A stretch of 64,000 nt of DNA from Sphyrna mokarran (lineage: Eukaryota), in the NCBI GenBank assembly GCA_024679065.1, contig JAGIQG010000006.1:41850001-41914000 (forward strand), in the 5' to 3' direction. Under the pieces are notes generated by a model, which saw only the letters and a list, made by a program, of their open reading frames with translations, had not been told where the DNA came from and did no database searches. The position numbers were made by a program, and so were the translations under genes. Each line of letters begins with the position of its first letter. Positions within the stretch are counted from its first letter, which is position 1. Below are positions 1-11,979 of this stretch, piece by piece.

Positions 1-80
1 GTTAATAAATGCTTATTAAATTATACAAGACTCAGAACTTCTTTGTGAAACCTACTGAACTACTTGAAGCATCTTACAAA

Positions 81-835
81 TGTTATGTTCCCCTGGAGAA
101 TAAAAACCTTTAGAAAGAGTTGAATCTTACAGCAACTGATGGAAAGAACTGGAAGAAAAAAATTTCACATTTTTAAGATTTATTGTAACAAACAAACTAA
201 AATTAGCATAATTAAACAATACTTGACAGGCATTAATACATTGAGCTAAAGAAAAGGCAACTTTCGTATTAGCTAACACAGCTTAAATGTGTTTTGTGAA
301 ATTCTTTCATTATGCAACACACTTCTGGCACATATGTAACACTATAGGAACAGTTACTTGCAGCTCTCCAACTGGTCCACTTCATGCTGAGGCAAAGCTT
401 TCAGTACCCTTTAATAACTGTTCTAACTGTTTCCTGTTAGAGCTTTTTTAGATCCAATTATCACTGGCAAGGTGTATTTTGATAGCTCTTGTTTTCTTAA
501 ATATGCAAGGACCCTCTCTGTTCTGACCCCCTTCTTTGGAACAGAAACTGAAATCTCACAACAGTCCTATTTAGTTGTCAATGTGAAATTACTTGGCTTT
601 TTTTCAGCATCTCAAAAACACTTGCTGTCCTTTGTCAATAAGATATTGCGAAAAAGACATTAAAGCTGCTAACTCCATTGCAGAGTTTCTGTTTGAGCTT
701 CTCTCACCATGGCAACCAAATCACATGGGCATGTCTCCCAGCTGAAATATTTATCCAGAATTCTCTGTTTCACACTGAGTTATAGGTACATTCCAAAATG
801 TAATCCTGTAGAAAAGTTTGGCATTCATGATAATA
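81..835 (-). mobile_element. Possible degenerate solo LTR
   Basis: Starts TGTTATG, ends near TCATGATAATA; minus-strand AATAAA near 180; no TSD found. Confidence 0.25.
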
Positions 836-974
836 CGTTGGAAGGTGCCCTGTAGAATAAAGGGTTGATATCTGATGTATCTATGTCAAGTAACAAGCTT
901 TGGAGGGAAGAAGTCCAAGCACATGCAGAGTTACTGAGATGTACATAGAGCAAGCTGTCGATGGATAATAATGT

Positions 975-1250
975 TTATTTATTAATCACAAGTAAGCTTA
1001 TATCAACATTGCAATGAAATTATTATGAAAATCCTGTAGTCACTACATTCCAGCATCTGTTGGGCTACACAGAGAGAGAATTTATCACAGCCAATGCATC
1101 TAACCAGCATATCTTTCAGGCTGTGGCAGGAAACTGGACTACCCAGAGAAAACCCATACAGACATGTTGAGAATGTGCAAACTCCAAACAGACAGTAACC
1201 CAAGCCAAGAATTGAACCTGGGATTCTGGTACTGTGAGGCAGTATACTAA
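975..1250 (-). mobile_element. HE1-type V-SINE (tRNA-derived), alternative tail variant
   Basis: Reverse complement of tRNA-like head (attgaacctggg...ctgtgaggcagt) and V-domain (gtggcaggaaactggac...gagaatgtgcaaactcc). Confidence 0.85.
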
Positions 1251-1414
1251 ACACGTGTTTCCCATAATAATGATTTTTTACAAAATTCAGCCTTGAGCAA
1301 CTTACTTAGTGAAATAGGCACTCTTTGTAGATCCGGAACAAATGACAAGACAGCGCCCTGCATGGAGATTGTGTTTATATCCAAAATATCAGCCAAGCAT
1401 TTCTGAGGAAAAGT

Positions 1415-1497
1415 CACAGACCTGAAATATGAACTGATTTTCCCTCCACGGGTAGTGCCTGACCGGCTGAGCATTTCCAGCATTTTTGCTTTTAACA
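1415..1497 (+). mobile_element. Penelope-like element 3' tail fragment
   Basis: ctccacgggtagtgcctgaccggctgagcatttccagcatttttgc matches the tail following the GIY-YIG remnant at 32130-32210. Confidence 0.55.
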
Positions 1498-2340
1498 CAG
1501 TCAAAATACTTGATTGTTTTGAGGGATGATGATGATTGAGATCTCAAGCAGGATTTCTTCAGCATATACTTTCTCCAGCTACTACACTACGGTTGGTCTC
1601 ATATTTGCTGCTAAAAGCTTCATGACTGAAGAACAAAGAGAGCTGCATCTAAGTGCCCACCATTGTAAACAGATGTAAATCCATCAAAAAGTAAAATGGA
1701 AGTAGAAATGTTTGAATGATTGAAAAGCATGGTACCTTCATAATGTTACCATAGTTGTTCAATGTGTGTTCAAGAATAAGTGAGTGAGGAATCTAAATCA
1801 GTCTGTATTCTCCTTTAAGAACTTTGATGCTTGTGATTGAGAGAATTGAAAATATTAACGTTCAGCCAGATTTTGTGTCTAAGGGGTTTTGTGCAATTCT
1901 GCCCTCAAATCACAGATGTCCATATTGGCATCAAACTCAAATAATCTGTTGTCTGTGAGGAATAAAGTGAACTTGGTGTTGCATGATTACTATGGGTATG
2001 AATGTTCTGGAGCAATATTTACTTTCCATCTGACCTTTAGAGAAAATCTGTCGAATTGATAAAGCTTTGTGCAGCTGTGTGTCTTTTTGATTGAAAGTCG
2101 AAGTAATTTGTAAAACCAAATGTCATCAAATAAAACTAAATTCAGGAAAGAGGTATTCATATCTTTGCAGTGAAGATGTCTCAAAATGCTTTATACTTTG
2201 TTTTCTTCCACTTTGTGAGGGATAAAAATATACCAAGAAATTCTTAAAACTTTTATTATCACAGAAAAAGGCAAAGCATGAACTGTATTGTTGTGAAATA
2301 ATGTGGTCTTAAAATTTAAACATATAATCCATACAAAATA

Positions 2341-3055
2341 GGGCCCGATTTTACCATTGCATTGCACCCATTTTCAGGCACCTGAAAACGAGTGCAATGC
2401 AAGAGTAAGGTCGGGCATGAGGTAAATAGCACGATCTGCGCCCGCATCCATGCAGATTCTCACTTCATCAAGGCCTGAAAATGCTGCAAATAGAACCACT
2501 ACTTGCTCAGGGTAAAAAAGATTTTTCCCTCATAAACCTCCTTCCCCTCACCTCGAACTTGTGTTCCCTCATGATTGAGCCTTCAACTAAGGGGAACAGC
2601 TGCTCCCTATCCACTCATCCCAGCAACATAACTTTGGTGTGAAACCTGAATATAAAATTGTCCAAAGGGTGCCTGGATGCAGCTGCCCTAGCTTTGGCAG
2701 AACTCATTCTGTGGTTGATCCTGCTGCATTATGACTCTGACATATCATGAAGACCCGGCACATATGTCAAAACTAATGCATTTCATGACAAGCAAGACAT
2801 ACACAGAAAATGACTGGCTATCTTCCCAGCATGAATTGGAAGACTTGAGATGTTAAATCGATTTAAATACTTGCACATCTGGGGCACGCAAGTCGCTCTG
2901 ATGTTTAGCGTGCTGCTGCCTGTACAGTGACCATTGGGGATTTTAGTCTGTGAGTTTGCAAAGTTGTTTAACCCCTCACTCATTCGACTGCACATTGAAT
3001 TTCACAGTGGTTCAATAGACATACTGCAGTGATATTTCATGATGGTAAAATTTAA
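2341..3055. mobile_element. Harbinger-like non-autonomous element/MITE with fold-back left end
   Basis: gggcccgattttacc at 2341 and ggtaaaattt near 3043; internal hairpin 2343-2416. Confidence 0.45.
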
Positions 3056-3352
3056 TTCCCAGGAAAAAAAGAACTGACATTGGGAAAAGACCAAGGTCCA
3101 CATTAAAAACTTCATCATGGAAATCAGGACGTACTTTCACACAAATAGTCGTGGAATTCTCCATTTCTCTTCTCCAAAAAGACTGTGGAGGCTGAACTGA
3201 TTAATTTTTTTTCAGATCCCAATAGGTGGGATAAGAATGTCAAATGATATGAAGCAAAGGAGGATAAATGTATCTGAGCAATAAGTTATCCATGGCCTGA
3301 TTGAACAACAGATTGAGCTTGAGGGACTGAATGGCCAACCTCCATTTTTGTA
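3056..3352 (+). mobile_element. Old CR1 LINE 3' end fragment
   Basis: FTQ..VE/WNS-like region (cacacaaatagtcgtggaattc) and 3' stem gcttgaggggactgaatggccaacctcc. Confidence 0.6.
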
Positions 3353-3353
3353 G

Positions 3354-4028
3354 CTCCAACTTTGTCTAGCTGGCAAGGGTACTGTCGCTAGGTCAGAAAT
3401 AGGAAGGGGATTGTCAGGACGGTGAAGCTCTGCAGCAGGCAGCAGGGCCTGGAGCTGCACACTATCGGCTGCAGCTAATTCAGTGGCTGCCTCTGAGGCC
3501 ACTATCCTGACAAAGGATTGTCACCTTACCACAAAAGCTTCAGGAGCAGTACTGCTTGCAGTGGACGGTGCTGGGCTGCACCTGAACAGATGAGGGTGCT
3601 TTGATGGTCTGCACCCTTTAAGTCAGATAAGCAGTGTCTAGGAGTGTCAAGCCAGCCAAGGTGAGGGAGAGGGGGCCAACCTGAGAAGAGTGACACCTGG
3701 GAATGCTGCCATTGCTGGCAGCCCAACTCCTACCACGACCTATGGGTTAAAAAGTATCCAGAAAGACCCCACTCTTCTCATACCCCAACTCCAAGCTCAA
3801 TGGGGCATCGAGAAGGCTCTTCCCAAGTGCTGATAAAATGCCAAACGTACAGACGAGAGGCTCTTAGTTGGTGACTTAAATGATTCAATTGGGTCTTCCC
3901 ACCATTGGCAAAATGGCATAGTGACAGAAGGGTGTTAGGCATGTTGTCTTCTGTTGCCTTCAAACTTTATTTTGCCAGCTTTCCTGTCTTCAGACCTGCC
4001 TCCAAAAGGCTCATAAAATTCAGACCTG
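3354..4028. mobile_element. Degenerate Harbinger-like non-autonomous element
   Basis: GC-richer block ending taaaattcagacc, similar to other MITE termini here. Confidence 0.3.
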
Positions 4029-5620
4029 TGTATGATCACTAGGACTACTATTTTGAAATGGGATTGATTTCAGTTTTCAATGAACAGGATGAGTTGGTTA
4101 ATTGGACTTTTGTGTAATTAGAGCACTACATACATCGCCATCTTAAAGGCATCATAGCCTTCCCCACCTCTGTTTTTGAACCTTGCCTTTGCCTGCCTGT
4201 TTATCATCAAATGTAGAGGTTGCCTGCAAACCTTTAATGGGCCAATATTATGCAAAGGTTCTCCTGCATTTTGCAGGAGAATCTCAAGCTTTGCAAGGTA
4301 TCCAAATCATTGCTAGGGGCCCAGTGATTAGCTCAATAATCCTCCTTCTTGTTCCATATGTTTTCCCTCCTTCTTTAAGGTCCCGTGGTAGATCTGCTGC
4401 TGTTGCAGCTGTAAGTTTGTTCTTGATGGTGATGTCTTGCCAGATAATCACCATATAAATACCAACCCAGAAACATGTATTGGGCCTGGAGTGATACAGA
4501 GAGGTCTACAGAAATCTCAGTTCAATGCCTTATCTAAAAGGTGCCCCTGCAACTGTTCAACAATGCTGAACTCCTAGAGTACTACATTGACATGAAGCCC
4601 TGAATTCAAATGGGAAGAAAGCGATTAACTGAATCAAATTAACAATCAAGAGACAGTCACCTGTTTGATATTGACTTTTCAATGTAATTGGATGTTTGCA
4701 GCATAAAATGGAATGGATCCTGACTTTTTCTGATGATGTAAAATGAGAGATTGCAAATTGCTGGTCTGTTCTATATGATTCCTGCTTTTTATGTTGACTT
4801 ATTATTACTTCTGTTGAGCAAAGACAAAATCTAACTCAAGGATTAGAGCTCATGAAGAATACTTAGATTGGTAAATAATAGGTTGCAGAGCAATTTATTT
4901 GGAGGTGACATGTTAATTCGAAAGAGCCATCATGTTGGTTTACAAAAAAATCTTTTAGATATGATAGTGTGCCTTAATTTATTGACCAGCAGCCATCGTA
5001 TGTTGCAAACATGGACACACACAATGACATGACTAGTGTGAATGCATTGAGCTAGTAGCTTTGTTAATGGACTTTATATTGATCTTTAATCCAGAGAGCA
5101 GTATCAGATTCACATCCATATGGAATTCATAAAAACTGCCAAAGCTTTTAAAATCAAACTTGCAGCAATTGTTTACTCTGATCAAAACAAAGTGTAAGCA
5201 ATTTCAGAGTTTATAATATGCTTATTGGACAGTACAAATGTACAAAATAATCATTTCGCTGTCTTGGCAAATAGTTAGTTTCTGAGCAGTGGTCAGTCTG
5301 AACTCATTAATTTTACTGACTCAATGCTGCTGTCCATTTCTTCAGGAACCTTCCAATCCCAGCTTCCACAGAAATACTTACAGCACCATTCCTGAAGGAA
5401 TTTCATGCGAACAGAATAAAATTAGTAGAAGATTAGGCACACCCCCTTTTTTATGGCACTAGCTACTGTGGTTAGTTTCAAGGTCCAGTCTTCAAAAGTT
5501 AGTGAATATGTGTGCGAGTGGGTAAATGAGTCAGAGGGTGGATGGTGGGTAAGTAGAGGTGGATAGATGGGTACGTTGATAAATGGGTGACTGGGTAGTC
5601 ATGTCAGTAGATAATGATAA

Positions 5621-6995
5621 AAAACATAGAAAATAGGTGCAGACATAGATCATTCAGTCCTTCGAGCCTGCACCACCATTCAATATGATCATGGTTGATC
5701 ATGCACTTTCAGTATCTCACTCCCACTTTCTCTCCATGCCCCCTGATCCCTTAGTCACAAGAGCTATGTCCAGCTCCCTCTTGAACATATGTAATGAACA
5801 GGACAGAATAGCTTTCTGTGGTAGAGAATTCCACAGGTTCACAACTCTCTGAGTGAAGAAGTTCTTTCTCACCTCAGTCCCGAATGGCTTATCCTTTATT
5901 CTTAGACTGTGAATCCTAGTTCTGAACTTTCCCAACATCATGAACATTCTTCCCACATCTAATCTGGATAGTCCCATCAGGATTTTATATGTTTTTAATA
6001 GATCCCCTCTCATTCTTCTAAATTCCATTGAGTACAACCACAGTCAATCAAGTCTTTCTTCATAAGTCAGTCCCGCCATTCCGGGAATCAGTCTGGTGAA
6101 CCTTTGCTGGACTCCCAAAAAAGCAAGAATGCCCTTCCTCTTGCTGGGAGAACAAAACTGCACACAATACTCAATGTGAGGCCTAAGCAAATCCCTGTAA
6201 AACTGCAGTAAGCATCCTTACTTCTCTACTCAAATCCTCATACTTGCATACCAGCGACTGTTCCATTCTGACACCTAGGTCATGTTGCCCTTCCCCTTTT
6301 CCTAAACTGCCACCATTCGAATAATAACTTTTTTCCTGTTTTTGCCACCAATGTGGATAACCCCACATTTATCCACATTATATTGCATTTGCCAAGTATT
6401 TGCCCACTCAGCAAGCCTATCCGAGTCACCCTGCAGCCTCTTAGCATCTCCTCACATCACACACTGCCATCCAGTTTAGTGATGTCTGCAAATTTGCAGA
6501 TATTGCATTCAATTCCTTTGTCCAAATCATTAATATATATCATGAACAGCTGGATTGCAACACTGAACCTTACGATACTCCACTTGACACTGCCTGCCAC
6601 TCTGAAAAGGACTTGTTTATTCCCAATTCTCTGCTTGCTGTCTGCCAACGAGTTCTCTATCCACATCAATATATAACCTCCAATACCATGAGTTTTAATT
6701 TTGCTCAATAATCTCTTGTGTGGAATCTTGTCGAAAGATTTTTGAAAGTCCATGTACACAACATTCACTGGTTCACCCTTGTCCACTCGATTGGTCACAT
6801 CCATAAAAAATTCCAGAAGATTTGTCAAGCACTATTCCCTTTTAGAGAATCCAAGCTGACTTGGACTGATCCTATCATCTATTTCCAAAGACTCAGGTAT
6901 CACATCTTTCATAATTAACTCCAGCATTATCCCCAACACCAATGTCAGGCTAACTGGTCTATAATTCCCCATTTTTTTTCTCCCTTTGTTTTAAC
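5621..6995 (-). mobile_element. CR1/HER1 LINE, 5'-truncated, RT domain to 3' tail (frameshifted)
   Basis: Minus ORFs give TNLLEFF, YMDFQKSFDKIPH, CKFADITKL, RRMRGDL, FFTQRVVNLWNSLP; tail aaacatagaaaatagg. Confidence 0.95.
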
Positions 6996-6999
6996 TATC

Positions 7000-9852
7000 A
7001 GAGAGCTGTCTTCAGTGGGGCAAGAATGGAACTGGGCTGGCTAGACTAGAACCAAAACTTGATGAGGAAAAACTGGAGCTAAATGATAGACTTCTCTCAA
7101 AGAAGAAATTATTTGGGCATAGTCAAGGTATATTCCCTCAAAAGAAAAGGTAAGACAAACAAATCCAGAGCTCACTGGATGATAAGGGGATAAAAATTAA
7201 GATAAAGAAGAAAAAGTGTGCTTATGCCAAATGTCAGGTAGAAACTATAACTGAGAACAAAGCTGAATGCAAAAGATTCAGAGGAGAAGCGAAGAAGATA
7301 ATGAAAAAGGTGGGCAGACAAAACAAAAGGGAATTCCAAAGTCTTGTATCAGCGTATAAAACATAAAAGCGTGGTAAAAGCAGAAGTAGGGCCGACTAAG
7401 GACTAAAAAGCAATTTACACGTGAGGCAAGGGATATGGTTGAGGTGTTAAGTGAACACTGTTCATCTGCTTGTACCAAGGAAACAGATAATATCCAAGCC
7501 ATGGTGACAGAGTACAAACTCTGTCACAAGAAGGGTTCAGAATTGATAAAGATCAGGTATTGGAAAAACTGTTGGTACTTAAAATGGATAAGGCACTGGG
7601 ACCGGATGCAATGCAGCCAAAGATATTGATGAAAATGAGAGTGAAAATTGCATGGTCATTGACCATAATCATCTTCTCTAGACTCGTGGAATGTGCTGGA
7701 GAACTGGAGAATTTCACTATGCTCTTGTTCAAAAAAGATTGTAAAGATAAGCCCAGCAATTACAGATCAATCGGTTTAATTTAGGTGGTGGAGAAACTTC
7801 TAGTAACAATTATTCAGGATAGAATTGGTAATCACATGGAAAATTGTGGACAGATTAGGGAATTAGAAAGAGCCAGCATGGATTTCTTAAGGGAAGATTG
7901 TGTTTAACTAACTCGTTGGAGTTTTTTGAGGAGGTGACAGAAAGGTGTAATGAAGGCAGTGCTGTTGATATGATGTACATTGACTTCAAGAAGACGTTTG
8001 AAACAATGCCACACAACAGTGTTGTGAGAAAAGTTATATCCAATGGTATAAAAGGGACAGTAGCAATGTGGATACAAAATTGGCTGAGTAATAAGAAACA
8101 GCGAGTAATGATTAATCGATAGTTTTGGGCTAGAGGAAGGTTTGTAGTAGAGTTCCCCAAGTGTCAGTATTGGGACTTTGCTTTTCCTGATATATATTAA
8201 TGATCTAGATCTTTGTGAATGATACAAAACTTGGAAATATTGTAAACTGTGAGGAGGACAGTATAAGTTGGTGGAGTGAACAGATAGATGGCATGAAGTT
8301 CAATGCAGAGAAACATGAGGTGATTTGGTTTGGTAGGAAAAACTTGGAGAGACAACATTTAATAAGAAAAACTGTAAAGTGTGTGGAGGAGAAGAGAGAC
8401 CTGGTGGATATGTACATAGATTGCTAAAGATAGCATGATTGGTGGAGAGAGCAGTTCATAAAGCTTAAAGCTTGCTTTATTAATAATGATGTAGCGTACA
8501 AAGGCAAGAAGGTTATGTTGAACTTATTCAGAGCACCAGGATAGAACGAGGGGTCACGGGCTTAGGGCGAGGGGGGCTATGTATAAGACGAATATTAGAG
8601 GGCAGTTTTTCACACAGAGGGTAGTGGGGGTGTGGAATGCACTGCCGAGTAAGGTGGTGGGAGCAGGCACGCTAGGGTTGTTTAAGGGTCTCTTGGACAG
8701 CCACATGAGCGGTCTGCGGATAGAGGGATATAGTAGGACTGTCTAAATATCGGGAGCTTTGGGACGACCAAATAGTATTAGAATATCTTTTAGTTTTGTC
8801 TCAGGGATGTCTATCCCTGAGTTTTTCTCATGTTTACTGTCTTATTTGTTTCCACAGGCAATTCGGTCCACCTTGACCAACAAGGTGCATGCACTCGGCA
8901 GGTCGTGCGAGGGCTGCTCTTGGATGTTGCTTCAGGAGTGGCCTAGTGCTTCACGTCGTTAGTGTATGCTTAAACTGGACCATCTGATGGGCAACATGAC
9001 AGCTCAGAGACTATCGCTGTTGCTGTGCAGACACATGGATTTGGGCCTGTGTCTGCGGGAATTTGCGCGTTCTCCCCGTGGTTGCGTGGGTTTTCTTCGG
9101 GTGCTCCGGTTTCCTCCCACATCCCAAAAATGTGCTCTTAGGCTGATTGGGTAACAAATTGTCCCTATATTGGTCCCTATATGGGAATCTTCCACAATAG
9201 GCATAGCCTAAGGTCATGGTTATGTCATAAAGACGTTAAGACGGCGGCGCGGGCTCATTGGGCCGAAGGACCTGTTTCCCGTGCTGTGTTGTTCTTTGTT
9301 CTTTGTTCTTTGTTCTAGCACCAGTTAGATCTCAGCTAGAGTATTGTGTTTTGGGTATCATACTATAGGAAGAATGTGAACACATTGAAGAGAGTGCAGA
9401 GAAAGTTTACAAGAATGCAGGGACGAGAAACTTTAGTTGTGAAGATAGATTGGAACGATTGGGATAGTTTTCTATGGAGAGAAAAATGATAAGAGGAGAT
9501 TTGACAGAGATGATCAAAATCATGACAGTTCTGGACAGAGCAGATAGGGAGAATTTATTCCCGCTCATAAAATGATCAAGAACAAGTGGGAAAAGATTTA
9601 AAGTGATTTAAAAAGAAGCAAATGTGGTTTAAAAAGAAAATTCACTTAGTGAATGGTTCAGTTCTAGAATCAGTGCCTGGAAGTGTAATGGATTCAAGGC
9701 GACATTAGATTATTTGAAAAGAACCAATGTGCAGGGGTATGGGGAAAAGACAGGGGAATGGCACTCAGTCATAATGTTATTCAAAAAGCCCATGCAGACA
9801 TGACTTGCCAAATGACTTCCTTCTGAATTGCAATGTTTCTGTGACTCTGTGA
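7000..9852 (+). mobile_element. Degenerate CR1 LINE ORF2 (linker-RT-3' end), interrupted at 8540-9316
   Basis: KALGPD, NYRSIGL, CLTNSLEFFEEV, IDFKKTF, KFNAEK motifs; resumes after nested insertion; tail ttctgtgactctgtga. Confidence 0.92.
8540..9316 (+). mobile_element. Young CR1 LINE 3' end with long 3' UTR containing a V-SINE-derived segment
   Basis: Open frame 8543-8746 RTRGHGLR...FFTQRVVGVWNALP...*; (TTCTTTG)n tail; 8 bp TSD AGCACCAG at 8532-8539 and 9317-9324. Confidence 0.92.
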
Positions 9853-10092
9853 ATTGAATCTGGAAAGAAATGAGTTTTGCAGTTGCAATGCCATCTTCAC
9901 TTGTGGGTTTGGGAGGGAGGAAGTGTTTCCTTCTGTTCTATTCTAGTGCAGGAATATTCACACGCTGACAGAATGCCCAATTATCTTGCTTGGGTGGCTT
10001 AATAGTATGTTGCATCATAGTGAATTGTCTAAAATATATTTGCTGCAGTGATAAAGTTATGAGATCTGGCGATGTCTACACATTGCTTTCAC

Positions 10093-10414
10093 AGAATCAT
10101 AGAATCCCTACAATGCAGAAAGAGGCCATTTGGCCCATCAAGTCTGCACCGGCCACATTACCACCCAGGCCCTATTCTCGTAATCCCACATATTTATCCT
10201 ATTAATCTCCAAGACACTAAGGAACAATTTAACATGACCAATCAATCTAAATTGCACATCTTTGGACTTGGGAGGAAACTGGAGCACTCAGAAGAAACCC
10301 ATGTAGACACAGGGAGAATGTGCAGACTCCATACAGATAGTGACCTGAGGGCAAAATTGAACTCAGCACCCTAGCACTGTGAGACAGCATTGCTAATCAC
10401 TGTGCTACAGTGCC
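10093..10414 (-). mobile_element. HE1 V-SINE
   Basis: Tail agaatcatagaatccc, V-domain gggaggaaactggagcac, head cagcattgctaatcactgtgc. Confidence 0.92.
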
Positions 10415-10649
10415 CTCTCTGTTCAGTTACTGCACTCCGTGCTCAGCTTTGCAACGGACTATTGGACCATCAATGCTGAACCCTGATGAAAAGCTGAACT
10501 CCCACCCTTGTAAGAGAAATTAATCTTCAATTAAAATCATGTGTGAGTTCAATATCCACAACAATTTATGGTTTTATGTTGCATTGTATCCTCTTAATTA
10601 ACACTGCTGTTCTGCAAATTGTCAACACACCTTCCAAAGTTCTGTAAAT

Positions 10650-11140
10650 AAGACTGAAATGTAATAACGTAATGTTCAACACTCCCAAAAATATATGAGC
10701 TGACTAGACACAGGAGAACAAGAAAGCAAAATAGAGAGGAAAGTGTGTCAGATGTTTGAGAAAACAGCTGAAAAATGAGTATTAATGGTGGAATAAATTT
10801 GAAAGATTTGACATAAATAAGTTAGTATCAGAAAATCAAAAGTTGCAGTATATAGGGGATATTGGGCTATTGCTTCAGTATGGTGGACAGAGGTTATGTA
10901 GGTCCCAACAGGATGGATTTGAAGGCTATGCCTTTTGGATGAGTTGTAGTTAGTGGAGGCTGGAGACCAAGATGTGATTGTTGGAGAAATTGGACATCAA
11001 GATATAACATTATAACCATGGGAAGAGATAGAGATGGAAATGACAATGTTATGGAGATGCAAGAAAGATGTCCTGATGTTGGGTTGAGAGCCGGGCTGAA
11101 ATAAAGTTGTACACCAAGGTTCCAGACTTCTGGACTTAGC
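10650..11140 (-). mobile_element. Highly degenerate L2 LINE 3' region
   Basis: Purine-rich plus strand; gttgggttgagagccgggctgaaataaagttgtacaccaaggttcc resembles the reverse complement of the L2 NLGV region. Confidence 0.4.
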
Positions 11141-11201
11141 TTGAAGTCAGTAAGAGTCTGGCAACACCAATTTTAAATCCAACCGATTTATTTGATAGTA
11201 A

Positions 11202-11242
11202 ATCTGCTAGCTTTTGGCCTTTGTAGCCTTCGTCAGGCAAAT
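11202..11242 (-). ncRNA. Minimal type I hammerhead ribozyme motif (GAAA mutated to AAAA)
   Basis: Minus strand AUUUGC-CUGACGA-AGGCUACAAAGGCC-AAAA-GC-UA-GCAGAU. Confidence 0.6.
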
Positions 11243-11298
11243 GAGATGTTCTGGTCTCCAAAAGCACACATATCAGCTTTTGGAGACCAGAACATCTC

Positions 11299-11339
11299 AT
11301 TTGCCTAACGAAGGCTACAAAGGCCGAAAGCTAGCAAAT
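11299..11339 (+). ncRNA. Minimal type I hammerhead ribozyme motif (core variant CUAACGA)
   Basis: AUUUGC-CUAACGA-A-GGCU-ACAAA-GGCC-GAAA-GC-UA-GCAAAU; perfect 6 bp stem I. Confidence 0.65.
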
Positions 11340-11684
11340 TTACTATCAAATAAATCGGTTGGATTTAAAATTGGTGTTGCCAGACTCTTAATGAGTTTAC
11401 CCCAGTCCAAAGCCGGCATCTCTACATTTAGCCTGAAGTGGCAGCAGCACAGTGCAAATGAAATTAAGCATAATTTAATGGTAGAACATACATTTTACAT
11501 GTTAAAATGGGCTAATCAGTGGCTACTAAATTAAGTTAGGATCCCTACTTCTTGGAACAAATATTAAATTTTGTGTAATGTTGCATCGTCTACCAATTCT
11601 GAAACTTGATCTGTTTGTTTTACTTACAAATAAGGATTTAAATTTAATTCAAGCATTTGACAGTCACTTTGGTATTAAGTGCCT

Positions 11685-11979
11685 CCTTGTCCCCGGTTTG
11701 ATTCCTAACTTGGGTGAATATGTGGAGTTTGCATGTTCTCCCTGTGTTGTGTGGGTTTCCTCAACATACTCCAGCTTCCTTCCACATACCAAAGATGTGT
11801 AGGCTAGATGGATTGGCCACGCCAAATTTCCCCTTATTGTCCAAAGATATGTAGGTTAGGTGGAATAGTAAATACATGGAATAGGGTGGAGGGCCTGGAT
11901 GGAAGATCTTCCAGAGAGTATGCAGATCTGATGAGCTGAATGGCCTCTTCCTGCACTGGAGGGAATCTATGATTCTATG
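11685..11979 (+). mobile_element. HE1 V-SINE (partial head)
   Basis: B-box ggtttgattcc, V-domain gtggagtttgcatgttctccc, HER1-like tail ctatgattctatg. Confidence 0.9.

Larger units (their letters stand above)
11148..11427. mobile_element. Palindromic Penelope-type insertion with hammerhead motifs
   Basis: 115 bp arms 11151-11265 and 11276-11390 (3 mismatches, 10 nt loop); tail accccagtccaaagccggcatctc; TSD TTAGC(T/C)TGAAGT at 11136-11147 and 11428-11439. Confidence 0.85.
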
